A stretch of 64,000 nt of DNA, taken from assembly GCF_009914755.1 (NCBI RefSeq), contig NC_060931.1; one strand, 5' to 3'. The notes beneath the pieces were generated by a model, which was not told the DNA's origin, searched no databases, and worked only from the letters and a program-made list of their open reading frames with translations. This document shows, one piece after another, positions 14,022 to 27,431 of the stretch (positions within the stretch are counted from its first letter, which is position 1; the number at the start of each line of letters is the position of its first letter). This DNA comes from the human T2T-CHM13v2.0 reference genome, Homo sapiens. A program made the position numbers and the translations under genes.

Positions 14022-14105
<84 letters not shown>

Positions 14106-14984
14106 GTGTCACAGGAGTTTGCTGTACAGATTATTTCACCACCCAGATAATAAGCATAGTACCTGATAGGTAGTTTTTTGATTCTCACCCTCCTCCTTCC
14201 CTCTACCCTCAAGTAGGCCCCGGTGTCTGTCATTTCCTTCTTTGTGTCCATATGTACTCAATGTTTAGCTCCCACATATACGTGAGAACATGCAATATTT
14301 GGTTTTCTGTTCCTGTGAGAACATGCAATATTTGATTTGGTTTTCTGTTCCTGTGTTAGTTCGCTTAGGATAATGGCCTCCAGCTCCATTCATGTTGCTG
14401 CAAAGGACATGATCTTGTTCTTTTTATGGCTGTGTAGTATTCTACAGTGTGTATGTGCCACATTTTCTTTATCCAGTCTACTGTTGTTGGACATTTAGGT
14501 TGATGCCATGTCTTTGCTATTGTGTATAGTGCTGCTATGAACATATGCATGCATATGTCTTTATGGCAGAACAATTTATAGTTCTTTGGGCAGATATCCA
14601 ATAATGGGGTCACTAGGTCAAATGATAATTCTGCTTTGAGTTCTTTGTGAAATCGCCCAGCTGTTTTTCACAACGGCTGAACTAGTTTACATTGCCACCA
14701 GTAGTGTGTAAGCATTTTCCTTTCTCCAAAACTTTGCCAGCATGTTATTTTTTGGCTTTTTAGTAATAGCCATTCTGACTGGTGTGAGATGGTATCTCAT
14801 TGTGTTTTTGATTTGCATTTCTCTAATGATTAGTGATGCCAAGCATTTTTTCATATGCTTGTTGGCTGTGTGTATGTCTTCTTTGAAAAGTGTCTGTTTA
14901 TGTCCTTTGCCCACTTTTAAATGAGTGGCTTTTGCTGGTTGATTTATTTAAGCTCCTTATAGATTCTGGATATTAGCCCTTTGA
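13851..14984 (-). mobile_element. L1 (older L1PA, approx. L1PA13-16) 3' end: ORF2 C-terminus plus 3'UTR
   Basis: ORF-track peptides [30 protein letters not shown] and MFIAALYTIAKTWHQPKCPTTVDWIKKMW are L1 ORF2 C-terminal motifs; local ~33-bp duplication at 14282-14355. Confidence 0.93.
13894..14101. repeat. compound (TA)/(CA)/(TG) microsatellite inside the L1 3'UTR
   Basis: Direct read; continuous purine-pyrimidine alternation. Confidence 0.97.
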
Positions 14985-15118
14985 AGGCCCTTGCCTTTAC
15001 ATCTGTGTTCTCAATGTCTAGTTCAGTTTTTTGAATCAATTAATAAATGAGTGCTAGAACAAGAGAAAAGTGGAGGGTATTTTCAATTTGGGTAATGCTT
15101 GAGGTAATTCAATGTGTC

Positions 15119-15574
15119 TGTGTTAGTTTTCTATTGCTGCTATAACAAATTACCACAAACTTAGTGGCTGAAAACAACACAATATATTACTTTTCAGTTT
15201 TGGAGGGGTTAGAAATTCTATGATCAAGTGTCTGTAAGGCTGCATTTTTTTAATAGAATCTCAAGGAAACAATCCATTTTCTTGCCATTTCTAGCTTCTA
15301 GAGGCTGCCTGCATTCTTTGGCTTATGGCCCTTCCTCCATCTTCAAAGCCAGCAGTGTAGCATCTTCAAATCTCTTTGATTCTGACTTTCTTCTTCCATT
15401 GATAAGAACCCTTGTGATTACATTGAGGCCACCTAGATAATCCAAGGTAAACTTCCCCTCTTGAGATCCTTAATAATATCAGCAAACTCCCTTTTGCTAT
15501 GTAGATAACATATCCACAAGTCTTGGGTATTAGTACTTGGACATCTTTGTGGAGCCATTATTCTGTCTACTACA
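15119..15574 (-). mobile_element. MLT1C-like MaLR solo LTR
   Basis: TGTGTTAGTTTTCTATTGCTGCTATAACAAATTACCACAAACTTAGTGGC ... ATTCTGTCTACTACA. Confidence 0.85.
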
Positions 15575-15929
15575 ACATCTTTTTAGGATGTCTATTAGCA
15601 AATGTGGTTAAGTGAATGGTATTCTGGCTAAGACTGGAAGGAGGAAGCTCACAATCTGACAAGACAAAGCTGCATCTTACACATCTATCTTTAAAAGTTT
15701 GTCTTCTTGGATTTAACTAGGAAATAAACACAGTGCTTCATAGATAATATTGGAAAATTTCATGATATAATGTTCTCTGTTCTCATATTGAAGAAGCTTT
15801 CTTCCAATAACTAAATATGACTCTCTAGACAAATGACAATCACAATAACAGTAACAACATCAGCATGTGCTATTTCCCTCCTTGAAAGTAAGAATTATTG
15901 CTACATCAAATAACAACAGTTGCACATTT

Positions 15930-16058
15930 CTATCACCAGGGAAGCTTTCTAAAGATATTAATACCTAGGACTCTTTCCCATCAAAGATTCTTATTTAATT
16001 GGTCTGGGGTGGGTTCCCAGTATTACTATTTTAAAAGCTACCCAGGTGGTTTTAATAT
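15930..16058. mobile_element. MER5-like hAT fragment
   Basis: AGATTCTTATTTAATTGGTCTGGGGTGGG..TTTTAAAAGCTACCCAGGTGGTTTTAAT. Confidence 0.7.
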
Positions 16059-19000
16059 TTCAGAGGTTTCCTTTGGCCTATACATACATATATATATAAT
16101 CAGAAATGACTCATTATAAGTTATTAAGCTATTAGTTGCTCTGGTGTCAAGTTGAAAAGACTAAGAGCGGTATAAACTGTGCAAGTTCAGCATGATTAAA
16201 CCATATTAAATTCTTCTAGACAATTTTCTCATATTTCAAAAAGAAACTGTAGTTAGAAATTTGAGATGATGTGCGTTTACCTGTAAGTTAACTTCATGAA
16301 TCTCACTTTACTTTTGATATAGACATGAGAGATATATTTCAGGAGAAATGATTTAATGTTTTCATGGTGTGATGGAGCTTGAGAACATATAAAGCAAGAA
16401 GAAATTGAGCACTAAGAAGCTGATCTTAGTTTTCTCTGAAAGTGGATAAAAAGAAAAAACCTCAATAATTGTTTCATAATAGTTTGATTCAAAAAGCAAT
16501 GTAATGCAATCCACAAGGACTGGTGGATTTGGGAATGCATATGAGCCAACCAAGGTGATTATAAATAAGGAAAAGGGCTCAGACTATTTCCCCATAGAGG
16601 AAAGGACAAGGCTTTCCAGTGCACCAATGCTTTGGTAATGTGAACATAATTATATTGTTCTTTAAAAATGCACTGCAAGATGGATTACCTGTCAGAATGG
16701 CAGCCACTTTATACTTCTTAAATCACAATGGCCAGCAATTGTATTATGCAGGAAAATACTATCTCCTGAGCTAGTAAGTTATAAGATGCATTTTATCTGC
16801 ACCTTACTCATCCAAATCACTATATTATAAATATAATGCCTACAGATTTCATTATGTATCAGAATGACTTTTTTATTTTGGTGACGATGCTCTAAATATT
16901 AATCCCTGGTTGAAGGTAATAGAGGAAATTCAAGAAATGTTCTAGCTGTTCATACTGACATTTCTGCTGAATGTGACTGCTTTATGAGCTTGGATTTCTT
17001 TTTTGTCAAAGTACTCTCAGTTCAAGGAGTAACTCTCGGCATACTTTAAAAAAATTGGTAGAGAGCGCCCCAGAAACTCATAGTACTGTGACATTGTCAT
17101 CTTTTGCAGGTCATAACTTTTGAATACACTTCAACATAACACCCTGAACTCTTCGTGTAACTGCCTGCTATACTGCTCATTGCTCCACAACAGAAGAAAA
17201 GTCACGGCAGTAATTTGAACCTTAACAAATATAATATCCTTGATTCACTAGGAATGGAATGCATTCTGTGTGCTAGAGGATCCATCTTTTCAAAATTTAG
17301 AAACTTTGTTTAAACATTTATTATACCCTTGTCTATTTGGATAAGTCATTTAGTTTAAGGGCTATACAAAGCATCTTTGCTAATAAAATTTTGACTTTAA
17401 CATCAATAGTACTGCTGTGTGTTTTCCCGTAAACAAATAAACAGCAGATGTGCTATTCTCTGTGTTTAGCTCTGCATTGACCTTTAAGATATATACATAT
17501 TTTTACTCTTAAGAATCTCATATATTTAAAAAGTGGCACTTTCACTTCCTCTCCATCTAAAAACATTGCTGAGGTATTTTTTCTCCTGTTGTTCCCCACA
17601 CTTACTGCAGAAATATTACCTTATATGTAGTTATATGGAAAACAGAAAGTGTCAGACATGAATGGCCCACCCAACAGATAAGATCTTCTATGTATGTTCT
17701 CTTTATATTTCCAGTTCACCAACTTCAGCCTATATTAAAGTTGAAGAAATATTATTTTTCCACAATACAGAGTTAATAAAGGGATAAAGAGGAAAATGAA
17801 TTCATCTTGAAGCTGCTTTTATCCTTGTGCTTAATTGTAAGCTGTAGCAAAGTTGATAGCGCACATCGGGGCAAAGGAAACCTTCCATATCTCTAATGCC
17901 TCACAATTGAGAGACACTAATGTTTGCCACTGTGGTCTCAGTGGCTTTATTGGGAAGAAAGAAAAAATGCTCTAATGGTGTCTGCTGGGCTTGAGAGTAT
18001 AGCTGGACAAAAAGACAATGCCCTGCGTTCCAAATACAGAATGCGTCTTTTTTTTCTTTCTGTTTTTGAAGGGTATGTATGTTTCTTTATGAACACATCG
18101 TGTTTGTTATGCATGCTTTTTCAGTGTGCAGGTTTAAAGCTTTTCCACAAATAGCAAGCAAAACTAAAGCTAAGAGACTATCCCTTTTAACAAAGTCAAG
18201 CACAACAGGACAATGGGACTTTCCTAGGTTGAAGGGAAAATAAAATGGGAGGGGGGAAATTTCTGGAGCTCTCTACCCACAACACCATGGTAGGATCTAT
18301 ATGGTCTTCAATCTCCAAAATTTCTTATGGTTTTAAATTTTCTGCCTCAATTTGTTTTCACTGGGATGCTAGTCACATATTCTGGTATTGGAAAAATTAA
18401 TGAATGAAGGTATTCTTAAACTTGGCTGCATTACTGCTGTGCATACTGAGACAAATCCAACAGTGAAAATAAACATCATCAAGTTCTGGTGCTTGTGTGT
18501 TTGCAGAACCATAATATTTTTGAATTGCACCAGGCCTTGGAGATCATCCAGTTATAGTACATCATTTTCCCCCTGAAAAATAAAAAGATTGAGGCCCTCT
18601 AGTGAGAATGTTTTAGTCATGCTTGTAACTCCTGAGTGAAAACATAAACCAATGTAGTTGCTGGCCTTAAGTGGCTCCCAGGGGCAATTTTGGCAGGACT
18701 TACCTTCTTTATAGGCAGAAATTTACATGTGCACTAAAAGGTCCATGGTTTAAAGCATAATGACTGGAATATACATTTGTTGATTGAATTAATAAAACAA
18801 AATGTGATCCTCTAATGGACTGTCTGAAATGGCTATCCTTGCAGGGATTTTCTTATGAGTTAAGACATTATGCTTCCAAGCACTCCTCTGGAAGAAGTAA
18901 AACATAAAGTTAACAGATAATGTTGGGGAGTATTATTCTGGGCCTGCTACTGTCTGAATTCATGTAGTTTAGGGTGATGCTTCCGTAATACTGTGTAAAA

Positions 19001-20918
19001 AGTGGTATTAATTCACAACAGAGTTTTTTTTTTATCGGTTCAAGGCTAAATGAAAATTTAAATAAATAGAAAAAATAAAATAATTTAGAAATATTTTAAA
19101 TTCTCTCAGTTTAAAAGATGGCCCTTTTCTATGATATGAATTCCTTTTCATTTTTCTGATATTGAAATATCTATTGTCTTATGAAATAATTGTGCTACTA
19201 CGTAAGATTTTTTTCTTATGTCATCTTGAAAAAAATTGCCAACACTGTATTTCATTGGTCCATGAAGTGAAATGTTTGGTACTTCTTGATTTCCACACCT
19301 TGGGTGGCTTTTACTATGTCAAGGATAGGGGTTGTTGGGGACGAGTAGGAGGTCTTGTAGCCTGGCTGCTGGGTTAATAATGAGGCACTTGCATAGAGAA
19401 AAGTAGTTGACCATTATAAGCTGCCACCCTAGCCACAAAACAGTGACCCTTGTCTGTCCATAGAACACAGAAAGCCCAGACTGTTTTTCTTCTGCCATAT
19501 GTTCCGCCATATCCTTTATCTTCCATACTTTTTTGTTCTTTTCTGGATAGTGTAGGTAAATGTCCCAGAGGCTGACCAATGGATGGCTTTAAGCTGCCTG
19601 CTTGACCAAGGCATCCTATGTCAAATAATAAAAATAATAAAAATGAATAGAAATTTTTGTCAGTGGTGGAAGGAATAATGAAAACTGCATTGGTTTTGAA
19701 AGACAGGTGAGCACTATGAATGCCCCAGACTCTACCAGTCTGGGAGTACACGTAAGGTTGCCTTAGTAGATGAACTTCCAGTCCACTGATTGTGTGGCTC
19801 TTATGTGCCTGATGGGAAACATTTGGCATCTTCTCCAAGGTCCTTCTCCCCTGTGCCTCTCCCCTGTGCTCGCAGACTTTAGAGGAGACTACCAGAAGGA
19901 ATCCACAGCAGTCCAAGCTGCAGATTGTGCATTGCCTGGCTCCACATTGCTAACCTCAGCTCCACCACAGCCTTCTGTCCCGTTGCTGCACATTTCCAAA
20001 TTGTCACTCCCCATTCCCTCCCTAAAACACTGCCACATCCCTTCCTGTAGTTCTGGGTTTCTGGACCTCCCTCAGACTGCTGCTCTTCAAAACTGACCTC
20101 AGGGTTACTGCTCTTCCATATACCATCTTGGCTTAAGCACGGATACAGATTCTTTCCTACATTTCCCGCATTACAGCTGAGGCTAAACCTCTCATCTCAG
20201 CCCCATGTCTGCCTCCTACATGGAATGTCTCTATATATATATTTACTGGACTGTTTCCTTGTGACAGAGGCCTGTACACCTCAATCCTTAGGAACGTGCT
20301 TAAACACATAGACACTTCAAAATTCAGGCTAAATACTTGGGACCCTTTTTCATCTTTAAGACCCACCCTCCCCAAATTCCTAATTTGAAATCGTAAGATC
20401 TCTATCTTTTTAGGATGGCTGAGAATTTGAATGCCCAAATCTTTCAAGAGAAGTGCTACTTTAATTATAGCAAGGGTGTAGTCTTGCCCACCAGCCAAAC
20501 CAAAGCTATCACCTGAGCATACAATAGTCTCACAGGAGAGCATTCTGGGTTACTCTGTGACACCACATGCATGGCATAAAGAATATGGTCTAGTTAGAGC
20601 CTGACTTCCTGAGAGTGGCTTAAATTAGATATTTTAGGTGCTTCCAAAATTTCAAATTTCTCAGGAAGCTTGTGAAGTTCTAAATTTACCTGGATATCTA
20701 GAATGAGTTTGCGATTTGGTGGCAAGATTATGGAAGAGGATGTATGCTGGTTTGGAAACGGGTTAAGAGGAAGAACTGTGTGAATTACTTCACTCTGACA
20801 GTGGGATTTAAGGAGAATAGAAGTGATGGTCACTGTTTGTTCCACAATACATAATGCTCATTGAATATACCCAAAATGAGCCTTTTGGAAAAAGCCCTCA
20901 GAAGGAGAAAGAGAAACA

Positions 20919-20920
<2 letters not shown>

Positions 20921-20960
<40 letters not shown>
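20921..20960 (+). repeat. pure A40 homopolymer
   Basis: Direct read. Confidence 0.97.
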
Positions 20961-20964
<4 letters not shown>

Positions 20965-21005
20965 TGTTTCAAAGGAACGGATTTTCTCATGGTAGCAAAT
21001 GTTCA

Positions 21006-21412
21006 CTGTTTTAGTTAGGTTTTCTGGGAAATAGACTCTTGAGATGAAGATTTGTATGTAGAATGTTCATTGGTGAATGACTTTGTGGGGACAGCATCTG
21101 TTATTGGGCAGAAGACTATGATACAGTTAAAATAATCATTGGCCATTCTCATGGGAGTGCTGAAACCTAGATGACTCTTGAAAGGTGACCTGAATTAAGG
21201 CAAGAAGTACAGGCTTTTGTATCCCATCTCAACTAGTCATTGCATGGGAACTGCCAACAAGGAAGCAAAACTTGGACAAAATTTCCCTTTGGCCAAGAGC
21301 AATGCCTGAGAAGGGATTCAGCTGTCAGCCATCAGCAAACACTCTCTGCTTCTAAGGAAATAGGTGACTCCATTTTGATGGGGGATCTAGGCAGTGAATT
21401 CAGGATCCATAG
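21006..21412 (-). mobile_element. ancient ERVL-type LTR (LTR16/LTR33-like)
   Basis: TGTTTTAGTTAGGTTTTCTGGGAAATAGACTCT..GAGATGAAGATTTG start; CAGCTGTCAGCCATCAGCAAACAC motif. Confidence 0.55.
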
Positions 21413-22469
21413 CACTCAGGAAGCCCTGAGTGTAAACTAAAGGAAACCAGGAAATGTGTAAATGCTCTGACTCTGCTGTTAAAAAGAGGTCATAAAAGTA
21501 TAATTAAAGGAATAGGTTTTTGCCATGTATACATTATTTGAGAATATTTGTATCTCCTTGGATTGAAAATGGTGCCTGTTGGACCCATAATAAATTTCAC
21601 CTCAGAGGCTGTGAGGATGTAGTGAGAAAACATATATAAAATTTTTTTAATATATATGAATGAAGATAATTAGAATGTACAGAGCATAGGAACGAAGACC
21701 AGTAGCTATAGGAAGAAGCTGGTCTAGAAACAAAGGTGTCAGGGGAAGAGAAAATAAAAGAGGTTAGATGAGCTTGAGGAAAAGTTAAACTTTGTGCTAT
21801 TTTGAATGGAAAACACTGCTCCTCTCTAAGTCCTATTATCACTGTATTTAAGAATTTAAAATGATGTTGATGGGTTTTTTTCTGGTTTTAGATGAGGCTG
21901 AAAGGTCATTTTTTTCCTCCTGCTATTATGATTTGTCTCCCCAGGGCGTTGTGAATGGCCCAGCATTCCCTGTACTAAACTAAGGGTAAGTCTTTCATCC
22001 TTTGTAAAAATGCTGTCTATTTAGGCTCTTTCTAATACCCACTTGTTCCACCCCACAGGATACTCTGGTTTGTGCTTGCAAAGATTATTTTCTACATATC
22101 AAAAAATTTAAATAGAATAAAGAGCAATTCTAGTCACCTCGCCAACCAACTGATAAGTTGATTACATGCATTCAAGTGACAGACTCCAGCTGCCCGTTGC
22201 AGTGATAATCTTTGCAAATACTATTTTGAGGCCCAGTTTGACATAGAGGCTGACAAGCTGGAACGCAAAAAGCTATATTAAAATTAACATGCTGTCACCT
22301 AGGAAATTTACTTTGCTTTTATCTAAGCAAACACAAGGATATCTTCTGAGGTTTTATACTTTTTTAAACATCTGTAGAAATTATTCATTCATTTTTTTCA
22401 AATTATACTTATTGGGTACTGATATAACTGCTTGTTTTAGAAATACGGAAGGTGTTAGTGCCCTCAAGG

Positions 22470-22708
22470 ACTCTATAGTGACTACAAGTTCAGGCTTTAG
22501 ATTCAGATAGTCTGAATTTCTAATTCCAACTTCACTACTCAGTACTAGTTGTGAAATTACATGAAACTTGCTTAGCTTCTTTAAATTTCAGTTGTCTCTA
22601 ATGTAAATGGAAATAATATTAATGATCAACTTATAGGGTTATTGAAAAGACTGAAAAACTATGTATTTGTTAGTGCTTGCACATAGTAACCCCTCAGTAA
22701 GTGGTAAG
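22470..22708 (+). mobile_element. MIR SINE
   Basis: GGCTTTAGATTCAGA..CAGTTGTCTCTAATGTAAATGGAAATAATA..ATAGGGTTATTG..GCACATAGTAA. Confidence 0.75.
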
Positions 22709-23203
22709 CCTCTCTATATGTATGTCTATATGAGAATTTTATACATAACATAGACATTGATATGTACATATATAATCTATATATACACTATGTAATGTGT
22801 ATGTACATGTATATGCAAACATATACATGTATATATGTGTAATGTATACATACAATATGATATATTAAATGATAATACGATGCAATTAAATGGTAAGAAT
22901 GGTTTACAGATTCAAAGTGTGATAGATAATGGGATGCAAGCATATCAATATTTAGATATAGCTTCATGGATTAGTCGGGGTTCTTACTAAGGCTTGGAGG
23001 ATGGTAATCAGGGAAAAAAATGAAGCTGCTCTTCAGAGGCAGATGGGGAATTGCAGAATAACCCTGGGAATTGAAATTGGATGCTTATGCAAAATGCCAA
23101 CAACAGTTGGCATTATTCTTATTTTAAAAGTTGGTACAACATGTTTGCTAACCACCTTTTCAAAACTAAATCTTTCTCAGTTATATTAGTTAAGAGTTGA
23201 GGA

Positions 23204-23572
<369 letters not shown>

Positions 23573-25679
23573 TTAGAATGAATCCAAAAGCCTGCTTCAA
23601 GTTTGTTTTTTAAAGAATAAACGCCATAATCATTGCAGATTTGTGGAAGTTAGTAATATACAAATGCATCTGTTTTGCATTTGATTGATGACATCAAAGG
23701 TCTTTTGTAGGGTTTTCTGATTTTTGCTTTTAGCCTTTGAAATATTAAAAGGGATTTTGAAATGAGCCTTTATTTTTAGAATGTTTTTGGCTAAAGTGGG
23801 AGGATATATTAAAGGTATTTCTTCAGAGAATTATTGGACTCTTGCTTGGATGATACTAATTCAAGCCCGAGAGACATGATATTATTAAACTTGATTTTGA
23901 CTTCATAATGTGGTGAGATCTTCTTGAATGTTTTCTAAACAGTTATATTTCAGTGGGTTGTGAGGATCTATCTCTTTCATAATAAATATTAGACTCACTC
24001 AACTTTAGGTACTCAAGTATCTGCTTTCAATATTTATGATCACTTTTAGAGGATATTCCCTTGCATAGGACTATCTACTGATAAGAATTGGAGGACAGGA
24101 ACCAAACACAGGGTCAGTTTACAGAAATTGATGTCGTGATTTTTCTGTTTCAAAATGAACAGCATTTTTCTTATTTCTCATTCACTTTTATGGAATTAGT
24201 GATAGCTTCTCATTCATCCACTCTTAATTCTCAAACCTGAATCTCCAGATATGACATATTACTTCTATCCTTAGCTGTTTTTCTCACTGTCTTCTGGGCT
24301 TTTCTAGCCATTGTTCCACAATCATATCAAAGCTAATTTTTCAGTGAATGAATTTGTATTTTTATCTTTCCAAAACAACTATAACAAAAACAAAACAAAA
24401 AAGCAATCCTAACGCTCCAATTTCTCAACAAAAATATCTTTGTCAAAGGCTGCAAAATTTAAGTTCCTCTTTGCTATTTCTCTTTCTTGTATAGTCCTTT
24501 GAAGTACCTTTCAGATCGAGCCTATCCTTTCAACAGTGATAAGCCTCTCCTATTTTTAGTCCATTAGACGGTGAGGTGACTCATTTAAAAACATTAAATG
24601 TTTAGCCTGCTTTGCTAAAGTATTATTGGCCCTGTTACTTAATCCATAGAACACATCCCACTTTTCAAGGTCATCTGTTCCTTGTTCCCACCTATCTATC
24701 AACTCAACTTACTCCCAGCCCCAAGATAGCATGCTCACACACACGAATGCCCACCTATCCAAGTCAAACCATCTTTCTGTGCATGCCACACTCAGATTCC
24801 TTTCCCTTCACTGATTTACACTCTTGAAAGTCTGAAAATATCCTCCTTCTACCTTTTTCTGCATAAACATCATGACTCAGTTTGGGGCCTTTTCAGATTT
24901 TGAGCCAGTTTGTCTTCTTTGATGCAGCGTCCTCAACTATTCAAATTCATCTTTTTTCTTCCCCTTTGAAATTGTTTTGCAACTAGACAGAATCTCACAA
25001 ACTATTACTTAGTTGTATTACTTAAACTATTATTGTTACTGATGACTTCATATGCATGATTGAATTCTGGAGCCTGTTGTCTAACATGACACTGTGCACA
25101 TAATAAGTACTTATTTTTGAGTATTGATTGATTATGTCTCTCTTTTGGGGTTAAATATCACATTCAGGTTCTTAGTAACCATAATCCCACTCTAAAATAA
25201 TTTGTATAAAAACCAGTTTTTTTTAAAAAAAGCTGTAAGACTAAATAAATCCTTTGAGAAACAGAAGTGGCTTTAGGGTTGGGTCTAAAAATCATCACTT
25301 TCTTCAGAAAGTTATACATAAGAAATTCTGAAGCAAATACCTTAAAGACTGTATAATAAAAATATTCATTTATGCTTCCACTCTTATCCACATATATCTG
25401 TGCCGAAGAGACAATACCATAAATAGAAAAAAGCCCTCAAGGCAGCAGCTGCAGATGCTGAACAACGAATGAACAATGAAAAACAGTAAGAAAGAGACTG
25501 TGGGACCATATGCTATTACTTGAGGAATATTTTTAGTTACAATAGAGTAATTCATGTCACAAATACTTATTGAACACTTCTATGAAGGGAGGTTGCTGTC
25601 TAGGAACTATGGGGTACAGAAAATAAAACAAGATAAAATACAATAATAGAGTCCTATCTATATGTAATAAATCTATTAA

Positions 25680-25910
25680 TAATAACTACTTTTTCTTAGG
25701 AACCCACCATTTGGCATGCACTGTGCTAAGTGCTTCACATATATGAATATAATCTCATTTAATAGTCACAGCCATCCTAAAACGCAGATGTTTTTCTCCT
25801 ATTTAAGAAACCTAAATTTAATGATCTTACCCAAAGTTATACAATATCTGGTGGAAATCTGATTCAGGTCCACTTGTGGCTGACTTCAAATCCCATCACA
25901 CTCTGCCTTC
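25680..25910 (-). mobile_element. MIR SINE
   Basis: GCACTGTGCTAAGTGCTTCACAT..TCTCATTTAAT..CCCAAAGTTATACA. Confidence 0.7.
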
Positions 25911-25929
25911 TGACATAGCTCTGAAGGAG

Positions 25930-26520
25930 TTTCTAATTCTTTCTGAAAAATAAAGGCTTCTTGGGGAAGGAAGCCCTTGGCATGTGTTTAGAAGGGTGAG
26001 TTGTATGTTGGCAGATGGAGGCAGGAAGAGAGGAAGTGCTGAGCAGTTCTAGGCTGGGGCATCAACTTGGGGGATAAAGCATGAAAGTAGAAATTATTAA
26101 TAGAGTATATCAGTGTAACAACTGTAAATCGCTCAGTATTGTTCAGGTTAGGGGGTAGATGACAGAAGAAACAAAACTTAAGTTGGCAGAAGCCATGCCA
26201 CAAAACAACACTGTTCAGAGTTTATACTTTATCCTATAGAGAATGGTGACCCACTGAGGGTGCTAAGCAGGAAAACATAATCAGATGGCCATGTTAGGAA
26301 GGCCGTTGCATTTGCAGTATGGAAGATGGTTAGGAGGAGACCAATGATAAGGATATGGAAATAATTAGAATGACAGATGGTGGGATCCTGTACGAAAGTT
26401 GTACAAGGGCATATGAAGAGGAGTCAACAGACCTGAGAAGTATTTTTGGAGGTGAATTAATAGGGCTTAGTAATCAATTTGCTATGGTGAGAGATAGAAA
26501 AGGTAGATATGAAGATGGGC
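25930..26520 (-). mobile_element. L2 fragment
   Basis: GAGTTTATACTTTATCCTATAGAGAATGG..CCACTGAGGG..AAGCAGG..ATCAGAT typical of antisense L2. Confidence 0.6.
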
Positions 26521-27083
26521 TGACGTGGTACCATCCTTAGATCCAGGCAAGAGTGTTCCTTGCCCTAACCTCAAGCTTTAGGAAGTCCTACTCTGGCTCT
26601 TTCCACAGGGTGTGAAATTTGCAGAACAAAAGACATATCCAAGCTGAGGTCACACTTCCCCTTCCAAATTATGCTCTGAGTACCTGGGACAGAGAATCCC
26701 CTATCCAAACTACTCTCACACTACTGCCAGGGCCTAAGTGGGCCTCTTGCCAGCCTCTTTCTCATGAGGATAAATCAGACCGCTATGTATATATCCTTTC
26801 ATCTGAGAGCTAGACAAAGGCCAGATGTTTGGGAGCAAGTGAGCAGAAACTGAACATGAGGGATAGGGCCCCACAAATATTAGGGATAGGCCTTCTCTCA
26901 GGTTACTTGTTTAGGTGATTGGAGGGGGGCAATAAACAAACAACATTGTGAATAGAGAAGGAGAAGTGGGTTTGAGGGAAAAGCAAATAACTTGGCTTGA
27001 GATATTTGTGAGATATCTAATGATGCCCTCTAGACAGTTGGAAACAGGATATAAACTTCAGGTGAGAGATGTGGGTAAGACAT

Positions 27084-27431
27084 TGATATGGTTTGGCTGT
27101 GTCCCCACCCATATCTCACCTTAAATTGTAGTTTCCATAATCCCCATGTGTTGTGGGAGGTAATTAAATCATGGAGGCCATTTTCCCCATGCTCTTCTGG
27201 TAATAGTGAGTGAATTCTCATGAGATCTGATGTTTTGTAAGTGTCTGGCATTTCCCCTGCTGGCACTCATTCTCTCTCCTGCCGCCCTGTAAAGAGGTGC
27301 CTTCCACCATGACTGTGAGTTTCCTGAGGCCTCCCCAGCCATGCAAAACTGTGAGTCAATTAAACCTCTTTTCTTTATAAATTACCCAGTCTTTATAAAT
27401 TACCCAGTCATAATGAGAACGAACTAACACA
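27084..27431 (+). mobile_element. THE1C/D solo LTR
   Basis: TGATATGGTTTGGCTGTGTCCCCACCC...ACTAACACA; 5-bp TSD GACAT. Confidence 0.95.

Noticed and set aside
13660-14251. 127-150 aa ORFs
   Set aside because: Translations of the microsatellite and the L1 3'UTR.
19374-19916. Longest ORF (180 aa, minus strand)
   Set aside because: No homology or motif recognised, no promoter or CpG island, and a composition typical of chance ORFs.
27373-27410. 18-bp tandem duplication in the THE1 LTR (CTTTATAAATTACCCAGT x2)
   Set aside because: Ordinary local slippage or repair event.
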